Shown in pieces: positions 34,552 through 45,978 of a stretch of DNA of 64,000 bases; the first letter of the stretch is position 1, and every line of letters begins with the position of its first letter. The stretch is from Epithemia pelagica. Lineage: Eukaryota > Protista > Bacillariophyta. The translations under genes were made by a program, and so were the position numbers. The stretch lies in contig OX337238.1 in the NCBI GenBank assembly GCA_946965045.2, positions 248,001-312,000 on the forward strand, given 5' to 3'. The notes under the pieces were generated by a model. The model was not told the DNA's origin. It ran no database searches and saw nothing but the letters and a program-made list of their open reading frames with translations.

Positions 34552-37500
34552 CTAGAGAATGGGGTCCGTCTCGACGCAGCAACCGTCGTCCTCATTTAGG
34601 ACGACCGAAAGGAGTTTTTCACGAACCGTTGTCACGTCCTCACAGGACTCCACCACCTGTTGCACCTTGGCGACAGCATCATAGAGCAGTGCATTTTCTC
34701 GCTCCAGTTCTTCATTGTCGTCCAAAAGCTCAGAGACTGTCTTGGTGGTGAGAATTCGCATTCCCTTGAAACTCTCCGATCCTGGGTCGGCCTCTTCCCA
34801 AGCATGAGGAACGTACTCTGGATTCCGATTGGATATTTGTTGATTGCGATTGGATATTTGTTGATTGCGATTGGATATTTGTTGAGTTCGATGGGATATT
34901 TGTTGATTGCGATTGGATGTTTCCGCTCTTCGCTCTGAAACTTCCTTGATCAAATGAGCTACACTCCACTGCGACGCAGGTTTTCGGGCCTGTTCCAATC
35001 CCGTAATGTGACACTTGGTTCTTCGATCGCCTTGTTGTTGTTGTTTCCAATGATATCTCAATTTGGGGACAAAGGTCAAGAGAAGGATGGACGAGGAGGC
35101 CACAAACACGATTGCGCCTCCCAGAAACACCATGGCACTGGGATTATCGCCCGCGAGGAAGAGCAAGGGGACACCCACAAACGACACAGCCACAATGGCC
35201 ATCATGGCGAGAAAGACGTAGCTGCTTTCGGCATATTCCATGGAAAGATTTCGGGCCTTCCACGCCTCGAGAAAGGCAAAGATAAAGACTCCTAAATGGA
35301 TGGTCGCCAACACGACCAGAAAGGGAAAGGAATCCTCCAACTCGCATTTTCCTCGAACCTCCGTCTCTTGCCCAAAGCGGTCTCGGTCCTCGACCACGAG
35401 GACATAGTCGGCGGGTGCCAAAATCGACAGGAGCGTCAACACCACAAAACTAACTGAAAAAAGACGCCACAGTACAAACCAGCATTCATTAGAATCCATG
35501 TGAGAGACTCGTTTGCGGGATATATAGGCTTGGTCACACACACGTATTAGGCAGGGGAACCCCTGGTGTATATCGTATAGACTTACGACTGAGTGTGATT
35601 AGAATGGGTGTCATGACTTGACTCACAGTAACTTGGATGCGTTGAAATTTGTTGGGATTGTTCAAGAGTTGATTGACGCGATGCGTTTTGGCCAAAAAGG
35701 CTGACACGGTTGTTCCAAAGCCCATGGTCAAGAGCCACAAAAGGGCATTGCACGCAATCTGGGCGCCCTCCATACCCACCACACCATGATCCAAGGACAT
35801 GGGGATAATGGAACTGCCAAAGACGAGGACACCGAGACAAATGGTGTGCAGAAAAAAGGGTTGACTGGACAATACCACTCGTGATGTTTTGTACCGTTCC
35901 GTCCAATAGATAAAGCCCAGAGCCTCGCAAACAATCACGCCACAAAAGATGAGCACCGTCGCCCGAACACCGACGGAAACAACCTCGTCGGAAAGGGAGG
36001 CATGTGGAATATCGGACGGTATGGCGGAGGTGCCGTCATTAAAGATAAAATCGTCCAGCTTGTGCCATTGACCTTGATTCATTTTATAAGATATCTGGCT
36101 GGTAAAGACCACACGATCTGGATTTGTAGGACTGCTGGAACGGACAAAGTTTTGGACCGCATAGAGTGCCGTCCGAGAATCTCGCGATCCCGTGTTGGGA
36201 TCAAACGCCACGGTACCCGAAATCCCCGTAAAGTTGGAGTGGATCATTTGTTCATAATGATCCGTTCCTCGGAGAATTAGGAAACTGTCATTATTATTAT
36301 TCTCCACAACACTGTTGTTGGACATGACATGGCACGCCGAGAGGCCGAGGGCAATGGCGGCTTCATAGGCAAAGACCGATGTGACTGGATTGCGAGCGTT
36401 CAAAAAGTTTTCAAAATCGGCAAAGGTGTTCTTATGGTCGAACGGTTGCAAGGGCGGTGCAATGGATTCCAAGTAGGCTACATCGGCAGGATTGTCGAGT
36501 TGGGCCAGTTGTTGCAAAAAGGTATCGTAGGAAGAAGACGAGTCATTGTCCAACAACAATCCAGCAGGAATACCCGAGATTGCTTCAATGAGCCCGACGC
36601 CCTGATAGGCCTGATCCAAGACCGATCCAGCCACAAAGTCTCGATTGCGAAGCACTACCTTGAAAGTGTCGGAAAAGAACCAACTATGCCGGCCAGTTCC
36701 CGCAATGCCTTGACGATGGGCTTCCTCCATGACTTGATCATGCGTCTCGGCCGTATAGAGAATACACCAAATATAGGTATATCCAGTCTCGCGTACACTG
36801 GTGACGGCCGTTTGAATGGAAACAGCGTCCCCTTGAATGGCCACGGGGTGAATCACCATATCGGGAGCATATTGTTGGGCGGCGAGCAACATGGCTTGGA
36901 CCATGGATGAGCCATAGGTATCATGGATGTTGATAATGGCCAAATACTGGACCTGTAGTACGTGTCGAAAAAACTGGACAATGGCCACGGCCGTGTCTTG
37001 ATCCGAGGGAATGGTGCGGGCAAAGAGCGCATGTTGCTCCTTGTCATCCAATTCGGCACTCGTGGCACTGGGAGACACTTGTGGAACACCCCGACGACCC
37101 GTCAACATGGTCGCAGCCAGCGATACGCGAGAGTAGGTCGTTCCCACAAAGGCACAGGGTTGACGTCGGGGACCGATGCGTCGTCGTGCTCCACTACTAC
37201 TAGTAGTACTATCGGTCTCGGAAGGTTGGCTGGCTTTCGTCGTGGCATCGGCCACATGGCCCAGTGCAATGCCATTGTTGGCTTGCGTATCGATAAGTTG
37301 GACGGTGAAACGAATGGGACACGTTTGATTCAAACCCAAGAGTTGTGGAATGAGACTGCCATTGCCCGTGTTGAGGTGATGCGCCGCCAAGGCGATCGCG
37401 GCCGCCTCCTCGTACCGGGTTTGGACAGGAATACCACCTTCGGTAAAGGCGGACAAAATATCCAAATGACACAGCGCTGCTACTTCGGCATCATGGTCGT

Positions 37501-37699
37501 CGTCGTCGTCGTCGTCGTCCGTAGATGTGCTTGTTGTGTTTGGTGGCAGCAACACATCCAGATTGCTCGATTCGAGTCGGATCCAGGAGTTAGAACTGTC
37601 CAATCGCAAATTGTCCAACCACAAAAGTGATTTGGTAATGACTGGTTCTTGGTAGCGATGATTGGGTTGATTTGTCATGGACTTTTTCTCTGGTTGCAT
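34552..37699 (-). CDS. Class C (GABA-B-like) GPCR: Venus-flytrap ligand-binding domain + 7TM (exons ~37699-35587, 35453-34552)
   Basis: ANF-receptor-like domain (AFVGTTYSRVS, PQVSPSATSAELDD..FARTIPSD). 7TM motifs (SSQPFFL..ICLG, CNALLWLLTMGF, AKTHRVNQL, AWKARNLSMEYAES, LLTFVPK). Start codon uncertain (37774 or 37699). Confidence 0.88.
34822..34920 (-). repeat. 21-bp coding tandem repeat (ISNRNQQ x ~4.5) in the GPCR tail
   Basis: gattggatatttgttgattgc units repeated on the + strand. Confidence 0.9.
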
Positions 37700-37831
37700 C
37701 GATCGAATATATACATTGAGGGATCTGTTACACGTCATTTGAGTGCAAAAGGCATTTGAGTGCAATGCATTCATTTGTCAGAACAATCTTTCACTTGAAT
37801 AGAAAAAAATAGAAAAAACACACACACACAA

Positions 37832-38165
37832 CACTGCAAGTCAATATCGTACTGAACAACACCCAAATACATTATTCAGTTTATTACTCAGTTTAGCCTT
37901 TTTTCACACGTCACACACCAATTTTAGACTACTCAGTTGACCATTATTCCTATTCTGTACAAAAATCACCCCAACAGTTCATACTCAGTTCAATATATAT
38001 ACTCAGTATCGACGAATCCCTAAACTGAGTACTATTTCAGTTGTTAAAAATTGATTCGCTGCCATCACAAAATTCTATTCAGTAATTCATACCTCAATAC
38101 TATGTATGTCTATATCAGTATCATGACTGAATAATACCTTTATAATAAGTTTGTATTCAGTAAAA
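37832..38165. repeat. Left TIR and subterminal A(C/T)TCAGT repeat cluster
   Basis: tattcagt/tactcagt at ~37873, 37885, 37930, 37983, 38001, 38076 and 38154, plus inverted copies at ~38023 and 38125. Confidence 0.85.
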
Positions 38166-38186
38166 CATACATTGGAGAGACGCAAT

Positions 38187-38188
<2 letters not shown>

Positions 38189-38230
<42 letters not shown>
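38189..38230. repeat. (AC)n microsatellite inside the transposon
   Basis: Uninterrupted AC run. Confidence 0.95.
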
Positions 38231-38232
<2 letters not shown>

Positions 38233-38394
38233 CGATGAGAGAGAACATATGTGTTGTTGTTCAAAACGCTATATATTCACATATAATATGTTATTCAATG
38301 GATCTCTCATCAACATCTCACAAACCCACAGTCATCTGACATGTCACCGAAGTACGAAGGTTCAACCGACGAGAGCTCGACACAGTATTACATC

Positions 38395-41245
38395 TCACAT
38401 TCTTTCCATAGCATCTCTCACCCTTCCACTTCCCTTTCTATCTCTCCTCGATCGCACCCTTGATGTATTTGCAGTGTTCTGGATGTCTTTCACCATTAAA
38501 TCATTGAAACATTTCCAACAATAAGCAAAAGTACACGGATGTGCAGAAATACATGCGTTCTTACACGCCATGACGGGATTCCGCTGGTTTACCTTCATAC
38601 CAATGCCACCGAATCTATTATTACAACCTTGACAAGTCGAAGGCCATGTCTTGTTGGTACTGAAATAAGATTCAGTGAAGTACGACGATGTATCTTGAGG
38701 AATCAACAGTGACATGTCAACTGGCCCACATTTACAACGAACCCTTTCATCGGTGGTCTCTTCATTTCTTTTTGGAGACTCTTCTTGTGATTTTTTACTT
38801 GTTTTCTTTTCTTTTTCACCCTCATGATTAAACATAGGCTGTATAATGAATACAGAAACATCAACATTGTCAGAATTTGATCCACACAACACATTTCTCA
38901 CATTTCGCCACTTCTCTATACTTCGCGATGCTCTACTTACCTTTCTTTTCTTACTAACTATTGCATTTCGCTTCAGGTCGTAGAAACAACAATCAACATT
39001 AGTTCTATTGCTCACTCTCTGTGTCTTTTGATAACAAATACACATTTTCAAACTCACGTACCTTTTGAACGACAACAGCACTCTCCATTTTGTCTTTTTG
39101 CTGACCCTTATTCTTTCTTGGCGACACTCGTCGTACACCATTACCCACACGACCATGAGTGGACTTATCATTCATATGTCTCTCAGTTTCTACCCTTTGG
39201 AATGCATCTTCTTTTTCTATCTGTATTCATGATAAACAAAATGACAGATGTAAGTCGCATATGGTTGTGAAACAATAACGTGATTGAGTACTTACATTGC
39301 TTTGTCCAACTTCCTCTAAGACACGTTCATCTTGTGTCTTCAATACAAGATTTTCGTCAACATTGACAGTATCTTCCTCTACCCCGTTTTCACTTGATAC
39401 ACCACCTGTGTGTGTTGCAGATGCTGTAACTTTGGTAACGATTCTGTTCGTCGTCGCACTTGTTGGCTGTACTTGACTAGCAGCGTTTTTGGTCCTCTGT
39501 TCTGGCCCACCTTCCAATGTTCCAGTAGGAGCATTATTCTTACTCTTGGGAACATTACTCTGTTTTTCTGTAATCATCGTTTCTCTTGTAACGTTGACAA
39601 CATTCGGAGCTGTACTTGTGTTTTGTCCTGTTTCCGTACCGAATGTTTGAACAGGAGCACTATTCCTGCTCTCAGGAGCACTATTCCTGCTCTCTTGTTG
39701 AATATCTTCTTCAAACAAAGGGACTGACGTCACTGTGGCTGATTCGTCCACATGATCTGTTTCATGTTCTGTTTCTTCATATCCGAATGAAGGATTGTCT
39801 TCTTCCGCCTCAGTGGCCTGATCTCCCATAACACCCAAAGGGACGGGGCAATTGACAGTGCGTCGATCTAAATCTGACAAATCATTGTGACAACAGCTCT
39901 TTCCTCCTTGGTTTCTCAACATATGACTATTCTCATTTCCGGTGCGATTGCCTAATTCAGGGGGTTGCAAAACTGGTGGCACTGTCGATGAGCGAGATTC
40001 ACCTGCTCTCTCTCTTACGGATCCTTCTTGTAAACTCCATTTGGATTGTGGATTTGGATTAGGATTCATTTCCTCTGTCAAACCCGAAATTTCCGCGGGG
40101 TTCTTTTGTACCAGTAATTCATTGCCCACAATGTCCTTATTCAATGTGTTTTTCTGCTTTGGTACGAAATGGTTTGCCCAAAGCATTCTCACGCATTCCT
40201 CACCAATATTAACACCAACTTGTTCCGACAGAAATTCAGTTGCTTTTTCAAAATCTGGTGTTTCACTGTTGACTTCTATCTCTGCCTGTTTTGGTGATTC
40301 CTGTTTTATCAGACACGCATAATATAATGTATGAGGTGGCCCGTTTCTCGTGTTGCATGAATTTCAATTCATACATACCATTCCACTTACCTTGTTAGTT
40401 CTCACGACAACATAATATGAGAGGGACTCATTATACTTCACTCGATGTTCGTAACTGTTCTTTTTGCCTTGTCCTTTTGTAAGGGACACACTCCAACCTG
40501 CATTTCGAAGCATAGGTGCCATGAACCCCCCAACAATCTGTGACTTGGCGGAACGAGCTACTGCCGAAAATCCACCTCTATCGGTCGGGCAAGATCTTGT
40601 TCTTTTGCCATCAACATATTTTGGTTTTTGAAGAGGAGCCAGGCACATTCCCTCGCGTAACATCCATTTGTCTATAGCCGAGGACAACCAATGTCTGTCA
40701 CGATGAAAAAGATGGACTAGCTCAATCACCTTTCGTTGATTCTCCAAAGTGCTTTCCATTTCGTTTAATAGGTCACGAAAATCTGCAATTGTAGTTGGGT
40801 GTGATGATTGTCCTTTAATGAGGATGTTCATGTTTTTTGCTCGATCACGGATACCTTCCATGTAACATTCAAAAATGTATTCGCGAAGACTATCCCGAAT
40901 TTGTTTAATCTCCTGTAGCATCGCGTTTCCGTCTGGTTCTTCCTCAGTGTCAGCCAGACCATCTCTTCGTCTGGCTTTTCGATACATCCAAAAACGTTTC
41001 GCCTGCTCATCATTGGCCGGACCCGCACCCGAGTTCCTGTTAAAAAAATTGCGCGGATAGACTAGCAATTCCCTTGTACTTGAAGTGGGATTTGTTGTTT
41101 GGTTTGTCACCACTGTCGCAGTGACTGCGTTGTTTCTTGCTACAACAGACTCATTTGGGACGATACTAGCATCGGTAGAATGCTCCGACACGCTGGGACC
41201 TCTGTGAAATTCTTGAGACTGTTGATCACACGGGCCCGTCATCAA
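38395..41245 (-). CDS. Transposon accessory gene (spliced; helical N-terminal domain, long disordered linker, C-terminal Cys cluster)
   Basis: Three ORFs joined by GTAAGT donors at ~40391 and 39295. The exon 1-2 junction (TNK|ESPKQ) is in frame with ORF 39227-40192. The last ORF has CKC...CQGC...CKNAC..HPC..AYCWKC, which is zinc-finger-like. Last acceptor and start codon uncertain. Confidence 0.6.
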
Positions 41246-41872
41246 CGTTCGATTAATACTTCCAATGATGGACTACGAGCATCAAGATATAAGTTAGATA
41301 CGTGAAACCATCGGCTTTGTTCCTGAGATTTCGCTTACCATTGTATATCCGTTTACAATCAATATCTACCGTGAGACTCTTTGTCAAAATAGAACAGAGA
41401 AAGAGAGAGAGAGAGTGTTTGTTTCTGGTGTATTTTACTGTGTCAATCGTTTTTGTGGCGGCGCAGTTCCTCATTCCCCAACTGTAACTTTCGAGTACCA
41501 CGTGGTGTCTCGTCCTTATTTATTTTTGTCTTCATGACATCCATTTGACACCCTGTATTCTATTTAAATTACAAAAGGTCAAATACTATGACATATTTGA
41601 ATTGTAGACATATGTATTTTGTCTATGTATTCAAAAAATCAAATGTCATGCGGTATTCAACGGTATTGAACAAGTAAGCCCATACTCTATTTCATATAAA
41701 AATGACTATCGACCAAACAATAGGAAACTCTACACTTCCTTCTTATATAGAAAAAAGGCGACTCGTCTGACCCTGGAACATCATTCTCCCTCCGACGTGT
41801 GTTAATTTTCGTACCTCCACAGTTGCCATTGCGAGACAATGGCAACACTATCTTGTCTCTTTTTTATATGGT

Positions 41873-44472
41873 TTGGAATATACAATAGACAACGCTAGTA
41901 TCTCGAGTATCCTTTCCATCACAGGCCTTTGGGTTGCGAACATGGCCGAATTCTCCATCACTTGTCCAGAATGTCGGAATGATATCCCCTGTACACAAGT
42001 TCAAAACGCTCCACGGTCCTTGGAGGGTATCCTTTACGTCGGATCTTGCAACAAACCTAACGGCATGTGCTCAAAGTCTGCTAAGACTATATATTGCTGT
42101 TCTGTTTGTTATAATGCAGGAAACAATGAACCCTTTTCACGTCGTAAGGGACTTATTCCGATGTGGAAATATGTCGATCGCCATTGTGAGAGTGTGTTTC
42201 ATAAACGACAGGTTACAAATCGACAGGTTACCACTCATCAACAAATTGTATCAATTCCTCAAGGCGATTCTGTCATAGACGACGACGACTGGCTTCCTCC
42301 AGAGACAGATGAATCCCAGCAAGTACAAGATAACTCGTCCACCATACCATCGATTGATGAATTGCGCTGTCTCGGTTTTCACAAGGAATCAAAAACTCCC
42401 GTATTCCTTCATCACGAGCTAACTGAGAAAGGACTGGGAATCCGATACTTAACGGCCAAGGCGTTCAACGTGAATCCAAATGCAGTCAATAAGGACGAGG
42501 CCAAGTTCTGTTTGGAACTGTCGTCGTTGCTCGTTCAACTTACGGATACTCAGCGACAACTACTGGCCAGAATCTTGATGACTGCTGGCAACAATGGGAA
42601 CAAAGACTTGTCTGTTTTCAAAACCATTCGTCTTCCTACCTCCCAAGATGACTTCAATCAATTATTCCTTACCGGAAGAAACGCAATTTTGCCTAATCTC
42701 CCACACCCGACACCCCTAACCACCGACAATGGATCTCATTCTTATATATCTCTCCCTGATTTGTTGGCTAACGAATTCGCAAAATCAACGGAATATGATG
42801 ATTTTGAATTTCTAGCCAAACTCCATTTGAATCAATCAGACAAAGTACCAAGTGTATCTTCTACAGAATGCGCACGGAGATTGTTCATACGAATGACTGA
42901 TGTCATGAATGGAACAAAGGAGCCAGCGGATCAGGAGCCACATTATCAGGTTTTGCTATGGATGCGTGAATGGCGCGATGACTTTGACCCAAATAACACA
43001 AAGTCATCGCGCAATCAAGCATGGTGTAATACCTATTCGATCTGTCCACCGTCGAACAAAAATACGAAAGGCAACACAACCTATTTCATGGGTTTAGCGT
43101 CAAAAGGAGATGATCATCGTGTCATAGAGGAAATCTTAAGTAACGAGTTGGAAGAATTATCCAAATCCGGGATACGCATATTTCATGCAGGATTACGTCA
43201 AGTGGTTAAGGTATACCTGTCGAAATTGTTGATCAGTGTCGATCGTCCCGAAAGGACCCAAATATTTCAAGTCGGGGACCATAATGGTACTTACTCAACT
43301 TGTTGGGGCTATGCAACACACATTGATGGAAATTGTGAGGTTAACCATCTTCCCTCATGTAAAAAATGTCATGAGGATCGCATTCGCCGTCTCAGATCGA
43401 CGTGGAGTGGAGATAATGAACTCTACGTGCTCTACGGGCAACGAAGTTTTTTACAGCCCAACCCCTATCCACATCTACATGGGGAACTGGGGTCTGGGTA
43501 AGTGAGAACTATCTTTTTGGAGCAAGGATATGGAAATATCTTGTAAGTTTACCAGCAGCGGTGGACAAGTCATTGATGACTAGAAATCTGGAGTACAAAG
43601 AAGAGTTTGCTGCAGTCGTCCGCTTTGTCTCCGCCATGTCCTTGAGTTTCTCGAGAATCATGACAAACGAGAGAGTACTTCCACATTTCCAAGATTATAT
43701 CCATCTATATTTGGATACCATGGTACAACTGGATAACATTCTCACGAAATCAGATAAAGGCAAGAAGAATCCAAACTTCGTAAAGGCAAACTCTCTGGGG
43801 ATACTATCCTGTGTGAGAACGCATTTGGATATGGGTCCGGCAGTATTGCATTGGGAAGGTGGATGGGAGGGGGAACGGAAGATCCAACAATTAAAACCCC
43901 TTCTCCATATCAAGAGAAGCAATACGGACTGGCCGCGTATCACACTCAAGAAGATCTATCAACTTCATTCGTTGGAATGGATGTTGGACAACCTGGAAGA
44001 CAAAGTAGACAACCAGGTTCAACAGAATCGAGAAACCAATTCAATGCTCCGGATATTTAAATCTCGAAAGGATATGGTCGAGAGTGTCTCTGATAGTCAG
44101 ATTCTTTGCGGTTTGTTGGGAAACGACGGAAACGTGTACCTATCTTACAGACCAGTTGGAGAGGAACAAGGCAACACTCGGACCAAAATTAAGATATCAA
44201 GAGTAAAATTCATGGACGATGACGGTGAATACACGGTTACTGGTTGTTGGAGAGCACCTATTGCCATCACCGATGATTGTATCTCTTATGATAACATCGG
44301 TTCACTAGTGAAGACATTCTTAGTGGAGGTGGTACTATTATTACCGAGGTTGTCAGTGGAACGTAATGAGTTTGAACCGGTGTATTATTGCATCGGTAAC
44401 CAATGGACAGAGAGGACACCTTCTGGTAGTTTCGAATTACCAAGTGTCAGTAATGAGATTTTCCAACTATAA
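41873..44472 (+). pseudogene. CMC/CACTA-family DDE transposase, split by a frameshift/deletion near 43410-43440
   Basis: WRDDFDP (first D), ISVDRPER (second D), GDHNG..CW..C..C, and GPAVLHWEGGWEGERKIQQLK (catalytic E region, cf. CACTA GP..xWM..FER...LK). The second frame is open from 43420 (TLRALRATKFF...GVWVSENYLFGARIWKY) into ORF 43561-44472. Confidence 0.8.
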
Positions 44473-44514
44473 GCTTGTGAAATTGTGTTCTTGTGTGTGT
44501 GTCGCGGGTTGTTC

Positions 44515-45978
44515 CTACTCCAAATTCAGATGAGTGTTGTGATTGACGCCAATAGCAGATTGAATCCATGGACAATATAGACGAGAATCTATAATAGTCC
44601 ATCCTTGAAGACGGTGGGTTGTTTTTTGTTGTTTCTTCAGATAACCAGCACGTTCCAGAGTTCGTAGCAGATTGGTAGAGACACGTTGTGTCCCAACCTC
44701 TTCTGTCAACACAGATTTTGTAACGGTATTGTGGATATGAGACGTAGTGACCCAATTGTCAGTGAAGTGATGGATTACCAAATGTTCAATCATTGCGTAT
44801 AGACAGTGAAGTTTGGTTTCGAAGTCGTATGTAGATTGGATAAAGAATGGACTTTGTGTCCATCGCATAACACACTTGATTGTATTTCGGGAAACGGTAG
44901 CTTTGGTCCACCTCGACTCACTCACGGTAGGGATCGATGCGGCTGGTGTTTCGTTGAGAAGAGGGAGAAGTCTGTTGTGGGTACCCATTCTTGTTCCAAC
45001 ACATCGTCGGGGGATGAAAATGATCAATCCAACTCCCCATGTATCCTCGGAACTTATGGAAGCGATCTTGGATACAGACTTTGCTCGACGTTCTGGGATT
45101 TTGTGTATGAGAGACTGTAGCATTCTGAAATATGGGAGAGGTTCTCTGCACATGATTGCCGTTGTTACTCCACGTGCATCTAGTAGCTGTTTGGATCTTT
45201 CGAGTTCTCGATCATGGTGTAGTCCAGATAATACGATTCCACATTTGCACCACTTACCCAAGGTAACGTACGCCACTCTTTCCAGGAAGTTCTTTGGTTT
45301 TTCCATGGTCAAGAGCATGGATGGGGTACGTCCTCCGGTAAGAATCTCGTCCACTATTATACCAAATTCGTGGTGTCTGGATAGCAGGGCAACTTTTTCC
45401 AAAAAATGATCACTGAGAAGACATCCATTTGACGCCAATAATAGTTCTAGGAAAAGAACCGTGACAGGTTTGTCAATTGATCGTTGATAAACACATCGTT
45501 GGTGGAGGAGGCGTAAACAGATGTCTTCGTAGGATTGTAATTGATGTGTCTTCAGAGTCCCTGGAATGTGGTATGGTAGTGCAATCGTCCTGTACTTTGC
45601 TGCTATCGAAACTTCGTCGTTGTCAGGGGTACGAATGAAAGAGGGTCCTTCGTTGATTTGGAAATCTGATGTTGACCACGATTGCAGGGGACCTAAATCT
45701 CCAGAAACATAACTACCACAACCAATTAAGACACCAGTAGTATCACCCTTACTCAAACTGGTGATTGCGAAAAGGTTTGCGTCCGATCCATTTGGGGTCA
45801 ATTTTTCCAAACTGAAATAGGATCGTGTCATTTGCTGGATTATAGAACGCAATTCAGTCTCTGCGGTTCGGTCCGAAGTAGTACAGCAGATATCAATGGC
45901 CTTCCGTTTCGGTGGTCGTCGTGTTTGTTCGAGAATCACATATAAGGCACCCCATTGGTTTGCAAAGTCATCCGCCAT
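44515..45978 (-). CDS. Class-III PLP-dependent aminotransferase-fold protein, cargo of the transposon
   Basis: PNGSDANLFA (cf. SGSEAN), LFLELLLASNG..LSDHFL (cf. EPIQGxxG), GIIVDEILTGGRT (cf. LIxDEVxTGxGRTG), YVTLGK (PLP lysine). Intact intronless 488-aa ORF. Confidence 0.78.
   Translation of the reverse strand: MADDFANQWGALYVILEQTRRPPKRKAIDICCTTSDRTAETELRSIIQQMTRSYFSLEKLTPNGSDANLFAITSLSKGDTTGVLIGCGSYVSGDLGPLQSWSTSDFQINEGPSFIRTPDNDEVSIAAKYRTIALPYHIPGTLKTHQLQSYEDICLRLLHQRCVYQRSIDKPVTVLFLELLLASNGCLLSDHFLEKVALLSRHHEFGIIVDEILTGGRTPSMLLTMEKPKNFLERVAYVTLGKWCKCGIVLSGLHHDRELERSKQLLDARGVTTAIMCREPLPYFRMLQSLIHKIPERRAKSVSKIASISSEDTWGVGLIIFIPRRCVGTRMGTHNRLLPLLNETPAASIPTVSESRWTKATVSRNTIKCVMRWTQSPFFIQSTYDFETKLHCLYAMIEHLVIHHFTDNWVTTSHIHNTVTKSVLTEEVGTQRVSTNLLRTLERAGYLKKQQKTTHRLQGWTIIDSRLYCPWIQSAIGVNHNTHLNLE

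Noticed and set aside
43498-43560. GTAAGT at 43498 as an intron joining the two transposase ORFs
   Set aside because: The downstream frame is already open and protein-like from 43420 (GVWVSENYLFGARIWKY spans the supposed intron), so a frameshift or deletion near 43410-43440 fits better.
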